A stretch of DNA of 55,916 bases from Octopus bimaculoides (lineage: Eukaryota): positions 22,996,403 through 23,052,318 of the forward strand of contig NC_068991.1 of NCBI RefSeq assembly GCF_001194135.2, read 5' to 3'. Shown piece after piece: positions 1 through 11,114 of the stretch. How positions within the stretch are numbered: the stretch's first letter is position 1; the number at the start of each line of letters is the position of its first letter. The notes beneath the pieces are model-generated. The model did not search any database, was not told the origin of the DNA, and was given only the letters and a program-made list of their open reading frames with translations. The position numbers and the translations under genes are program-made.

Positions 1-38
<38 letters not shown>

Positions 39-329
39 TAGATGCTAGTGCAAGGATAGAACAGATAAGTACTGAAACAAGTTTAAAAAAACAGAAATTA
101 AATATGTATGTGATACTAAAGAAATTTACATAAGGTAATCACTGAATTTGGTTGTTTTGCACCAGGTCAGCCATAATTGAGCTAATCTGTGATCCAGGAA
201 TTTCAGTTGTAACATTTCCGTCTCCCCCACCCCCAACATACTGTAATTTATCCAGAATTATATGGTGTTCCCACATAATATAATCATAAATTATCTAATA
301 TACCAAAATCATTAATTTTTTGAGATCTG

Positions 330-778
330 TTTGCTTTGAGTTTTGGGAGCTGTACTTTTGTGATCCTTTCTAACAATTTGTGTAAGAGTCCAACGGTTCC
401 TATCTGAAAGTTTTAGTTTTCTTCCGGAGTTTTGTTTTGACGAGGAGTTTTTTCCCTCTTTCTCAAAGGCTGTCATTACTTTCAAGACAGTACTTCATGA
501 TACACCAAACATTTCGGCTGTTTTCGTTATGCTAGCACCTGCCATACGAGCACCAACAATTTGGCCTCTTTGAAAGTCCAATCGATCTATTATTTTAATG
601 AATTTTAATTACCTTTTTCTGATGATATCTGAAAAGAAACAGCGATTTTAAGCAAAACATACTAAGCAACACTAATAATAAATCAAAAAACAAAAATAAA
701 CAAGCTTTTGACGGTTTTATAGATATTTCAAAATTATGATGCTATGATACTGGGTGTTTCCATTATTTTGTCCAACCC

Positions 779-781
<3 letters not shown>
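330..781 (-). mobile_element. Tc1-like transposon 5' remnant (TIR plus decayed N-terminal HTH transposase)
   Basis: Minus strand starts TA|CAGGGGTTGGACAAAATAATGGAAACACC (Tc1-type TIR, 752-781). About 590-330 translates to DFQRGQIVGARMAGASITKTAEMFGVS*STVLKVMTAFEKEGKNSSSKQNSGRKLKLSDRNRWTLTQIVRK, with a premature stop. Confidence 0.85.
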
Positions 782-829
<48 letters not shown>

Positions 830-832
<3 letters not shown>

Positions 833-1051
833 GAGGGAGTGCTGAAAAGCTCCTGGTTTTGGGTAAAAGAAAATACAGGAGGATCAGTTAAATATGATTT
901 TATTCAACATATTTCCCTCTCAGATTTACACACTTATTGCATTAGTCCTTTAGTGTTTTTCTAAGCCCCATAAAGGAACTTGGAATGTTGGGCCTCCAAC
1001 CAATCCTTTCATGATATCCTCAAAGCCAGGAACTCTTCAGCACCCCTTCAT
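830..1051. mobile_element. Mariner-type MITE, copy 1
   Basis: Imperfect TIRs GAGGGAGTGCTGAAAAGCTCCTGG / CCAGGAACTCTTCAGCACCCCTT, starting at a TA. A related copy is at 21079-21265. Confidence 0.75.
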
Positions 1052-1204
1052 TCATTCATTCATTCATTCATACATACATACATATATACATACATACACA
1101 GAGTGTTTCAGCTAAGTTTGACAGTTTGCATAAAAGGAAAAGAAAACACAATAGCCCATTCAAAAGTAAAAGTATTTTTAAAAATCAAAAAATATCAACT
1201 AGAT

Positions 1205-1590
1205 AATTGCTGGGAGATAACAGTTTGCTTAAAGTAGCTGCTCTAAGATTCCACTACAGCATCAAGAGGGTTCCAGAGCCTGATGCATGCACTTCTCTCT
1301 GTATCTGTGGTAAGATCTTCAAACACCTCCTTAATCTTGGCCACCAACTCTGCCTTGGTGTTGCAGACAGAATGGTTGATGTCTTTCTCAACTGCATCTT
1401 GCACATAGTAATCCATGGGATTACAATCAGGAGAATTAGAAGGTCAGCAAATGGAACTTATGATTCTTTCTGGAGGTGTGGCAAGGAGCCAAATCCTGCT
1501 GCCACACATATGACCTTACAGTAGCAAGCCTCTCCAGCCAGGGATTGACCACAGTCGCCAGCAGCTTCACATAACTATGTGAATTGAGAT
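1205..1590 (-). mobile_element. Tc1/mariner-superfamily transposase C-terminal remnant (DD37D/maT-like)
   Basis: Minus strand reads ..PSNSPDCNPMDYYVQDAVEKDINHSVCNTKAELVAKIKEVFEDL.., matching the WPPNSPDxNPxDY motif; degenerate. Confidence 0.7.
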
Positions 1591-1619
1591 TAAGGCCCTG
1601 ATCAAAGACGTGGGGATGA

Positions 1620-1855
1620 ATTTTATCTCTTTATTGCCCATAGGGGGCTAAACATAGAGGGAACAAACAAGGACAGACAAAAGGATTAAGTTGATTACAT
1701 CGACCCCAGTGCATAACAGGTACTTATTTAATCGACCCAGAGAGGATGAAAGGCAAAAATCAACCTCAGCAGAATTTGAACTCAGAACGTAATGGCAACG
1801 AAAAACCACTAAGCATTTCGCTTCACATGCTAACGATTCTACCAGCTCGCTGCCC
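1620..1855 (-). mobile_element. tRNA-derived octopus-type SINE
   Basis: About 235 bp, homologous to copies at 30450-30665 and 55320-55560 (GTCGATTA..ACTGGTACTTATTT..GATGAAAGGCAAA..GAACTCAGAA core). Confidence 0.75.
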
Positions 1856-3465
1856 TACTGTGGGGATGAATTCTGGCATACAGACCCAGTCAGAACGCCT
1901 GCTGTACCTTTTCCTTCATAGTGTCCATTGCAGCTGTCTATGTCATGACTTAAATGCTCACATAGCATTGAGTAGCAGTCATGATATTGGCCTTTTGATA
2001 CCCAGCATGAATCATCATGATATAGACAACTCTTTTCCAATATTGAAATGGCTTCCAGTCCTTCATGTCAGCTAATTTTTTCTCAGCTACAGCTTTCATC
2101 CTTTTGCTCTCCAATGCTGTTGACTGTTCACCAATACATCAAGCTGTTCCTAAAAAAAAGGGAAACATAAAAACTCATCAAATTTAGTTCAAACACTTTG
2201 TAGACCAGAAAAAGTCAAGAGGTATGAGAGGTGAATACATTTATTTAACCACTTGTCATCATTGGGTATTACAGCTGTTTCGCAGCCTTCATCATGTCAT
2301 AATAATTTCAGTATATTTATTTATTTATTTATTTATGTGTTTCAGCCAAGTGGCTGCGGTCATGCTGGTGCACCGAATTATTTTTCATGCTACACATTAT
2401 ACAATACAACTGTATATTTAAAATCAGTGCAGTTAAAGAAATCTAGTTCAGCAGATCACTAAAACATCATGGTTACACTAAATGTGAGTTGAAGCATTAA
2501 TGTAAACATGATGTTCTAATGATCTGATGAGCTAGCTTTCTTTATCTGCATTGATTTGTAAATATACAACTGTATTGTATTGTGGAGACATGTAAAATAA
2601 TTCAATATACACTGCAATTATTATTACATAATGAAGGCTGATAAACTACCAAGATCCTGAGGATGACAAGTGGTGAAATAAATATATTCACCTCTCACAC
2701 GTCCTGATAGTTTATATACTCCTTATGAGTGTATATTTTATATACTTCTCATGAATTAATTTCATCTATCAGATCTGGATTTCACCAGCATAGAACTCTA
2801 CATCATACTCCTCCGTAGTTGGTTATTATGTGGTCTGCTAACTGGGTTCACTAGAGGAACTTTCAGTGATAGTCATATAATCCAATGAATCGATATATTG
2901 CACTTCAAATAAATGGGAGGATGAACAGAGAATCAAAGGGTTACGCATTTTCTGTTCATCCTGACGAGGGGGTCATTGCCTAAGATGCATATAGTGTGCA
3001 TAGAGGCAACAGCAATGAATTCCTGAAATAGCCATAGATGTTGGAAGTTAAATTACCTTTTGAACTGATTCGTGAAGATGTGAATTAGCTACCTGATTGG
3101 ATTCATATCACACACCTCCAATTATCATGAACTACAACTATATTGACTTCTACATTTTAAATATAATTTTCATAGTTGGGTATAATTTCATTTTATATAC
3201 ATTTCTCTTTAAATTTTTTGTTGATTTACTTACTGTAATAATCTTTCTCAGATATTTTTAGTCAATTTTTCTATACACTTTCTGGACAGATCCTGTGTAT
3301 TTTATACTTTTTTATATATGATTTTTACTTGGTGTTTGTTTTTTTGACATTTGAAAGCCATGGTATCATTTATGTCATGAAGTGTAGAAGCATGGATATG
3401 TAAAGTCCGTTAACCTAAATTCAATGTTTGTTCTTAAATTATATTAATGGCATTTAAATAAATAA

Positions 3466-3469
3466 ATAA

Positions 3470-3513
<44 letters not shown>

Positions 3514-3535
3514 TTACACATATATATATACATAC

Positions 3536-3573
<38 letters not shown>

Positions 3574-3628
3574 ATACATATATNNNNNNNNNNTATATAT
3601 ATATATACATACATATATATATACATAC

Positions 3629-3666
<38 letters not shown>

Positions 3667-3687
3667 ATACATATATATATACATGCT

Positions 3688-3722
<35 letters not shown>
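3466..3722. repeat. (AT)n/(ATAC)n microsatellite with 10-N gap
   Basis: Seen directly; gap at 3584-3593. Confidence 0.95.
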
Positions 3723-3723
<1 letters not shown>

Positions 3724-5546
3724 GGCCATTACGTTTCCACATATAGGTATATATATATATCTATGTGTATGTATCTGTCCCTTCATCACCACTTGACAAC
3801 CGGTGTTGGTGTGTTTACGTCCCAGTAACTTAGCGATTCCGGAAAAGAATCCGATAGAATAAATACCAGGCTTAAAAAATACATACTGGGGTCGATTTAT
3901 TCGACTAAAAATTCAAGGCGGTGCCCCCATCCTGGCTGCAGTTTCACGATTGAAACAGGTAAAAGATATATGTATACACACACACCCAAGATGTAAACTA
4001 CGTTAAAAATTTATTTTATGTAATTCAAAGATTGTCTGGTAATGAATTCAATGCACTGGTTAAAGAGAAAAATATGTTTATTATATTTATAAAATCGAAA
4101 GTATATATAACACCGGGTCGGTGTGATCGGTCGTTGGAAGCTAGATAAATAAAGCATTAACGATACGAGGTGAAATGACCTCAACCAAATTTTGATGATT
4201 CATTCTCAAAATATCGTCTATGAAACTTATCTCTTTAGTGTTACGTTTCAAGCTTCGTTTGAATTCTTTTTGATATGAACGAAATCCTCATAGGAGAAAG
4301 AAACAATTGTTGCCGTGAACCGGAATGCGGTTGAAACTGGACAGAGAAAATTATTTCTTGCATGATGATTTGAAATTAAGAAAGTATTAAAGGCCGAACT
4401 TTGAAGAGACTGAGCAGTATATTCGACTGAATTAATAGAGTTTGTTTAATATGTATCAGGTATTAATAATGATACTTATTTTATTATCTTGAGTGATGTC
4501 AAGCAAATTTTACTCTGACGTATATTGAACTCAGAAAGAATGATGTAAAACTAGATTTTGTACAGTGTCCAGTATGATTTGCTACTATATGCAGCTTAAG
4601 CTTTAAGAGTGAAGAATTAGTGAACTGTTATGATAACACCACGTTGAAAGTGAAAAGATACAAAGCATAAACTGAAAACGATTATCTTAATATATATCAC
4701 GATAGCTACGTGAGAAAAAGATATCCACAAAAGATAATCGCGCCAAACACTACGTGATCGCTAGAAACAGTAGCTGAATCGTTCTCAAACCCACGCCCAT
4801 CGCCTTAGAAACAAAAGATACATTGGGTAATGTAACCAGGACACATATGTGTCTGGCAAAATAACAAAATTCTGGAATGGGAAAGCTGCTAACTGATCAT
4901 TTAACCGACTAAAAACAACGTAAATTTTTTTCAAATCATACTGTCGTCTTACATGAGGTATGGATTGAGATATATTATATTTAGAATAAATAAAAAGGTG
5001 GAAGGGTCGCGGTTGCAATGTTTTCGCTCATTGGTATGCTCGATCAGGGCTAACTTGAACCTGAACATCAACAACATACGACGTGCGCCAGAGATATGCT
5101 TAGCCAAGTGGTTACTTGGAGCCATGTTGGTAGTATATCACGCTTCAAATTACGAAAATAACAGTTAACCCATTTATGTAACATGTCTTTAGAGACGTTG
5201 TAATTACTGTAAATATAGAGGGAATATTTTTAAAAACTATTTAAGTAATATTTTTTGTCGGTTTTACGTTTCTAAAAAATATCAAGTTGTTATCTTTTGA
5301 ACTTTGGAATATTACTAAACTCTGTATAATTTTAGAATTCAATATATGGTAAGATCTGTTGCCCTTGTTCTGTCCGTCTGCTTACAACACCGACAATGTT
5401 GAAAAAAGCTGTTGAACTACAGGTTGAATACCAGACGTACTATCTGCACCCATAAGAACCACAGAGGTAAGATAATGAACGCACAATAACCGTGTTATTG
5501 TTTAAACCATGTGTTTCGAACTGAAAATATTAACGTGATCCAAGTC

Positions 5547-7025
5547 ATGAGTCGACTCGATCAGTGGTACCGTCGCTTCTTGATATCGAAACTGTTCACC
5601 AAAGGCTGGGGTAAACCAGAAAACTTGAAAAAACTGTTCAACTGTAGGAAAGTTATCTCGAATCGAGAGGAATGCATTAAGTTGGTTCCACCCGACTATC
5701 CTGTCCATATCGACAAGGATATAGAACAGGATGACCACCGCATATTGGAAGGACATTTCCTCTCGCCCTTCGCAGTCTATATGTCAGATGTGATGCCCAA
5801 AGAAGTTGAAATCGCCAAATTTCAAATGATTTTACCTAAACTATGGAAATCTCAACTAAAGCCGGTTTGTGTTCAGCTGGGTGGCACCGGAGACCATTTC
5901 TACTGGAGAAGACGAACGCTGTTAGGGAAACCTTTACTGAAGGAGTTTGGAATCGCTTCAATCATCCTTGAAAATCCTTACTATGGCATGCGAAAACCAA
6001 AACAACAGTTACGATCGGCGTTGCACAACGTAAGTGACCTTTTCGTAATGGGCGGAGCTCTCATCCTAGAGTCGTTAGTATTGCTTAACTGGTGTGAACA
6101 ACAAGGGTGGGGTCCTTTGGGCATCACTGGTATTTCCATGGGGGGACATATGGCTTCCTTGGCTGCGTCAAATTGGAATAAACCTCTTTCACTAATACCC
6201 TGTCTGTCCTGGAGTACCGCGTCTGGTGTATTCACACATGGTGTTCTCAGTGAAGCCATCCCCTGGCGAGTTTTACAGTCTCAGTATCTGGAAGAAAGTC
6301 AGTATGGGACCGATATCAAGAAAATGATCCACTCCCCCGAAGATGTGGCCAGAGCCTTCCGCCTTGGACAGAAATATGTACAAGATATGGACGAGTCCTT
6401 AAAAGATGTCCTCAACTTTTATCGTAGCCAAAATAAACCGTCTTTATTAAATCTAAAACTTGATTTTGAAACCAAAGAAGAATCCCTCTCTTTACGCAAA
6501 GAAGATGAAAACAAGATGGTCGATTTTAACCCTAGCAATACTATATCTTTGGAAAATACACAAGCTACTGCTGCTGATTCTTTTCAAGCCCTTAACAACA
6601 CTAACATTCTCACAACTTCTTTGTCCAAACCGTCGAAAACAGACTGGAAATCTCGGTATTTATCCCTAAGCTATGCTGCTGCCAAATCTCACATCACCAG
6701 GTCACAGACAAGTAAAGAAAAAAGGCATTCGACTAAAAGAGTTTCTGAAGAAGCGTTAAATTTTATGCGAGACGTGATGGAAGAGTTCACTCACCTTGGC
6801 AATTACACACAACCCGTAGATACCAGTTTGATTATCATTGTGGCTGCAAAACAAGACGCTTACATTCCCCACGAAGGGGTCCTCAGCCTGAAGCAGCTAT
6901 GGCCTGAAGCTGAAGTGCGCTACATTGATTCTGGTCACATATCTGCCTTCTTGTTCAACCAAAAAACCTTCCGAATGGCTATCAAAGATGCATTTGATAA
7001 ACAGATTCAGAAGTATTACACGTAG
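5547..7025 (+). CDS. ABHD18: ABHD18 / C4orf29 (DUF2048) alpha/beta-hydrolase, single coding exon, 492 aa
   Basis: Uninterrupted ORF. From ATG 5547 it reads MSRLDQWYRRFLISKLFTKGWG..GTGDHFYWRRR..ENPYYGMRKP..VSDLFVMGGALILES..GPLGITGISMGGHMASLA..PCLSWSTASGVFT, closely matching ABHD18 as I recall it. GxSxG motif (GISMG), putative Asp (AKQDAYIP) and His (DSGHIS). The ORF-track start at 5511 is a GTG and probably not used. Confidence 0.95.
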   Translation: MSRLDQWYRRFLISKLFTKGWGKPENLKKLFNCRKVISNREECIKLVPPDYPVHIDKDIEQDDHRILEGHFLSPFAVYMSDVMPKEVEIAKFQMILPKLWKSQLKPVCVQLGGTGDHFYWRRRTLLGKPLLKEFGIASIILENPYYGMRKPKQQLRSALHNVSDLFVMGGALILESLVLLNWCEQQGWGPLGITGISMGGHMASLAASNWNKPLSLIPCLSWSTASGVFTHGVLSEAIPWRVLQSQYLEESQYGTDIKKMIHSPEDVARAFRLGQKYVQDMDESLKDVLNFYRSQNKPSLLNLKLDFETKEESLSLRKEDENKMVDFNPSNTISLENTQATAADSFQALNNTNILTTSLSKPSKTDWKSRYLSLSYAAAKSHITRSQTSKEKRHSTKRVSEEALNFMRDVMEEFTHLGNYTQPVDTSLIIIVAAKQDAYIPHEGVLSLKQLWPEAEVRYIDSGHISAFLFNQKTFRMAIKDAFDKQIQKYYT

Positions 7026-8019
7026 ATGTGCTCAAGTATGTTAAATATGCTAAAGGTACGCCACATGTCAGTATTTTTAGATAATTTACGGAGAAAATAC
7101 TAAAAAAAATCTATTTGAGGTTTTAAAAATGTGATATTTAGAAAACGATTTGATGAAGTTATTGTATTTTATTTCATTTTTTTAACCCCATAATTTGATT
7201 TATACCAAACCTGGACATATTTCATGTCACTTGAGTTAAGGGTTGAGTTTTGTCATTTCTACTACGTTTTGTTTGTATGTGAAACCAAAGCCTCTCAGTT
7301 TAGTTTTAAATTACTTTATGCGGCGTTCTGCATCAGTGATATTTGTGTGTATTGCAGAAATAGAGACGTAAGAGAAATAAATATTTTAAGCTAGAAACTA
7401 CAAAGTGAATTTTCTTAACTTCTGTTTATTTATTAGTGAATAATTTTTCATAATTCCCCCCTCATGTTTCATGCTACTTGTTAATCATTTTCCTAATCCA
7501 CGGGTTCGTAAGGCTGTACACAGGCCGTTGTAGCATTAAGTGGATGATACACTGAAATTATCCTTGATTCATCGTAGTAACACCTGTGGAATAACAGATT
7601 TAGTTTACTTTGAAGATCGACTTTCTTTTTTATTTTCAGTGTACATATTTTGAACTTTATGATCTTGTTTAGTCTTTGATTTAATTATAATCGGTTTATG
7701 AAGATATTATGCTTTTATTATTATATTTACAGTTTATTTTATTCCCTACAAGATTCTTTAATTGAACAATTAAATTTCAGAACTCTACTATAGCAATTTA
7801 ATTTTTATTAAAAAAAAAATGGCAGCACTAAAACTACACCTTTGTTTTAATTCTATGCTTATTTTTCCTTATTTTCAAAGGTTTACTCTGTCTTGTCTGT
7901 GATTAAACTACTGGCAAACGTGTCAAAGGAGGAGCCTTTATGCAGTCGTTCGATCTGTCAGAAATAGCAGCATAATCACCTTAAAATCACATTATACAAG
8001 TTTAAAAAAGGAAGGAAAC

Positions 8020-8780
8020 ATTTATCCAGAATAATGTTTTGGATATATTATACCTTGAAAAGAGACAAGTTTGAATGCCTTAAAACAAGCCTCCTTTCAG
8101 TATACTCTTTTGTAATAGCAAGAGTAACCAGTTGTAAATTCTGTCCCAACTTCTTGCAGCTTGATAGCAGTTTAGTATGTAGAACTGAAATGAATAGAAA
8201 GCTATTGTTTGACCTTTACATATTCTTTCTAGCAGATGCAGAAGTAAAATGGTTGAATTGATAATATGGCAGTGTTCTAGCATTCCATAGATTATTAATT
8301 CTATTTCACTGAAAATGTTTCTGTTAAAAAGTCTGCTTCACAACAAGGTAGTTCCAGGTTCAGTATTCACTATATGGCTCCTTGAGCCTATATACTACAG
8401 CAAAGCCTTGCATGTGAAATTGTTTATTGATAACTGTATCAAAGCCTATCAGAGGAACCTTTCCTATTCTTGGATGGTAGGCTTAATCTGTCATTTAGTT
8501 TATTGCAACTACCTTACCTTTTGGTGTCTTTAGCAGAGTTCACTGTTACCAAAATCCAAGTGAGGTCCCCTGTCTGATAATAGCTTTCATCTCAGCAGTC
8601 TCAGAAGCCCTAAAAAAGGATCTAAACCTTTACATGCATACATCATTTTACTTCACTGTTGAGGATAGGAACCAGTTTATGAGAAAAGTTTATTTGAAAT
8701 AGGCCAGTTTCTTATCCAGGAGAATGTGTATCTTTCCTGTGATTAAAGCAAAACTGGAACTGAGAACCTTTCCCCTGCTC
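8020..8780 (-). mobile_element. Heavily decayed RTE-type LINE reverse-transcriptase fragment
   Basis: Minus-strand translation gives broken RT-like segments (IIRQGTSL.., RIGKVPLIGFDTV..) with many stops. Confidence 0.5.
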
Positions 8781-9745
8781 TTAAAAGTCATTTAGGGTTT
8801 CAGTAGCATTTGACTTCAGCTTAATTTTCCAGCATATAGTAAAGGAAGAAAAACCAATAATAACGAAACCAGTTACATTGTAATTGTTGCTAAGTAACAA
8901 TTTCTTAACCCTAGGTCAGCCTTGATTGAACAAACCCATGGTCAAAGGTATTCCAGATGTGATCATCTCATCTTTACCACCCAGTTTGAGAGGACCACAT
9001 TACCAAATTAGTCTTTCTATAAAATGGTAGGATATGATTTATGAGATTTGGCTGGTATTTCTAGCCAGCTGTGTGACTGTATAAAGGCTTTCCTATGTTA
9101 TTGTTTATACAAAAATATGTGGTTTGCAGCGCAATGTACTTTTCTATATCAATCAGGAGGAGACTTGATTTAGCTTAGCATATATTTACAAGATTACTGT
9201 CTTTATGGTCGTATCAACTTACCCCAGTATTCTTGTCTGTTTTAAAAACATTATTCACAATAAAATATAATGATAGATGTTTATTGTTCTGCTTATGTAA
9301 GAGATTATTAAGAGGATAGTGAATAGCAGAATTGTTAAAGCAGACAAAAATGCCTTACAATATTACTTCCCTTTTGCAGCCAGTAATGGATAACATATCT
9401 ATATCAGTCAAGTACTTGCATTTAAATCAACTACACTTCTCCCCCGGTATTTATGACCTTCTGTCTATGACATTAGTTTTATTGTCTGACAAAATATACC
9501 TTGTGATCATTAGTTGCACGGCTGTACATTTTTAGTTCAAATCCTGCCAAGTCGACTTCCCTTTTGTTTTTCCAGGACCAATGAAATAAGTACCAGCTAT
9601 GTACCGGAATCAAATTTACTAAAAATGTGTAGCTTTGGAACCAATGGAGATCATTTTTAGTACTTCCTTTCTTTCTTGTTGTGTCTTAAAAAGTTTGCTT
9701 CACAACTAGGTTCAATATGCATTGTATGGCTCTTTACCACAGCAA

Positions 9746-10179
9746 AACAGTAGAACAATTTAACAACATAATAAAAATAAGTTTTATTTTTGATGATGCT
9801 TGGTTTTACAGTTCCTGTCACTCAGCTTAGCAGCTGATTAAGTTGTAATTTGGTATTGGAAGGTTAAGGGCTTCCTTGATGCATGCCAGAGGAGCAAATA
9901 GCTATCATATTGATAGCATCGTGGTGAAGAGTGCTTCGTTGAGGAGCGAGAGACCTTTAACGTGACAACTCCTCGCTCCTCAACGAAGCACTCTTCACCA
10001 CGATGCTATCGATATGATAGCTATTTGCTCCTCTGGCATGCATCAAGGAAGCCCTTAACCTTCCAATACCAAATTACAACTTAATCAGCAGCTGCTAAGC
10101 TGAGTGACAGGAACTGTAAAACCAAGCATCATCAAAAATAAAACTTATTTTTATTATGTTGTTAAATTGTTCTACTGTT
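9746..10179. repeat. Near-perfect inverted repeat (205/208-bp arms, 21-nt spacer)
   Basis: Arms 9746-9950 and 9972-10179 compared base by base: one substitution (T9911 opposite G10011) and one 3-nt indel near 10088. Confidence 0.95.
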
Positions 10180-10656
10180 CCTGCATGATTAATTCAAAAC
10201 AATGTGAATAAAAAGGCATTACATTTGACAGAATCTGAATGCTAAAGGGTTAAAGCTGTTACACCTGTGACTCATACAGTCTTTCTTTAATGGTTAGTAC
10301 TGTATTACCTAATGTGTGCTTCCTTTTTCGAAAATGACAGAGTGTGATTTGAGGGAAATTAACTGCTAGTAGCTCTTTTGAATAAGTTTGTATGCCACAA
10401 TGGAGATATAAATTCTAATATTTCATTAAGGGCACTTCTTTGGAGATAGAAAAAAAAACCCCAACAAAATTCTCACTTTTACTGCAGCATACAGAGAGGA
10501 ATTCAAATTTGCTAAAATTTATTAATTACATTTTTGCTGATATGCTACACACTCTTTCCTTTGGAGTCTGTCTTTATTGCAGACTATATTGAGTCAAGAT
10601 GCTGGTATAAAGTTGGCCATAACACTGGTTGATATAGTAAGGTAGCTGAATTCATG

Positions 10657-11114
10657 CACTGTGTAACAAAATTTGAAATTTTTGTCTTTGGTCAGTAAGT
10701 GCTATTTCCTATTTGCTTCTATCTTGAAATCAAAGGAAATGGCTACTATTCCCTTCAAACTTTGCTTTTGTGACCTGGACGTCAATGTTTTCAAACTGAC
10801 CCATTTTCTATTCCATTTCATACAGGTTCAGCACTGAGTTGCTGAAGCAGAAATATCGTTATAGCTCAATATCACAGATTTGCTTGACCTTAACCACTTG
10901 AGAGCATATCCCTTAGTGACAAACAATATGTGCATCTCTGATTACGAGCAGCAGTAGTGTGGGAGCATCATAGCCATGTGTTGAGAGGGATGTTTTGGGG
11001 TTTGAATAAAAGCAAAGTTTGAAGGAAATATTTGCCATTTTTCATACTTTCTAGGGGTAAGCAAATAGGAAATAACAGTTGCTACACAAGAAATAAAAAT
11101 CATGTTACACAGTG
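10657..11114. mobile_element. Non-autonomous DNA transposon with CAC...GTG ends, copy 1
   Basis: Perfect 12-bp TIR CACTGTGTAACA / TGTTACACAGTG plus subterminal inverted blocks (ATTTCCTATTTGCTT, TTCAAACTTTGCTTT). An inverted copy is at 34261-34740. Confidence 0.75.

Noticed and set aside
3434-3792. Tyr/Ile-rich ORFs (also 18699-19156 and 16495-16947)
   Set aside because: These are translations of (AT)n/(AC)n microsatellites.
5502-6669. ORFs overlapping ABHD18 (5502-5756 -, 5981-6259 -, 6460-6669 +)
   Set aside because: These are antisense or alternative-frame shadows of the real CDS.
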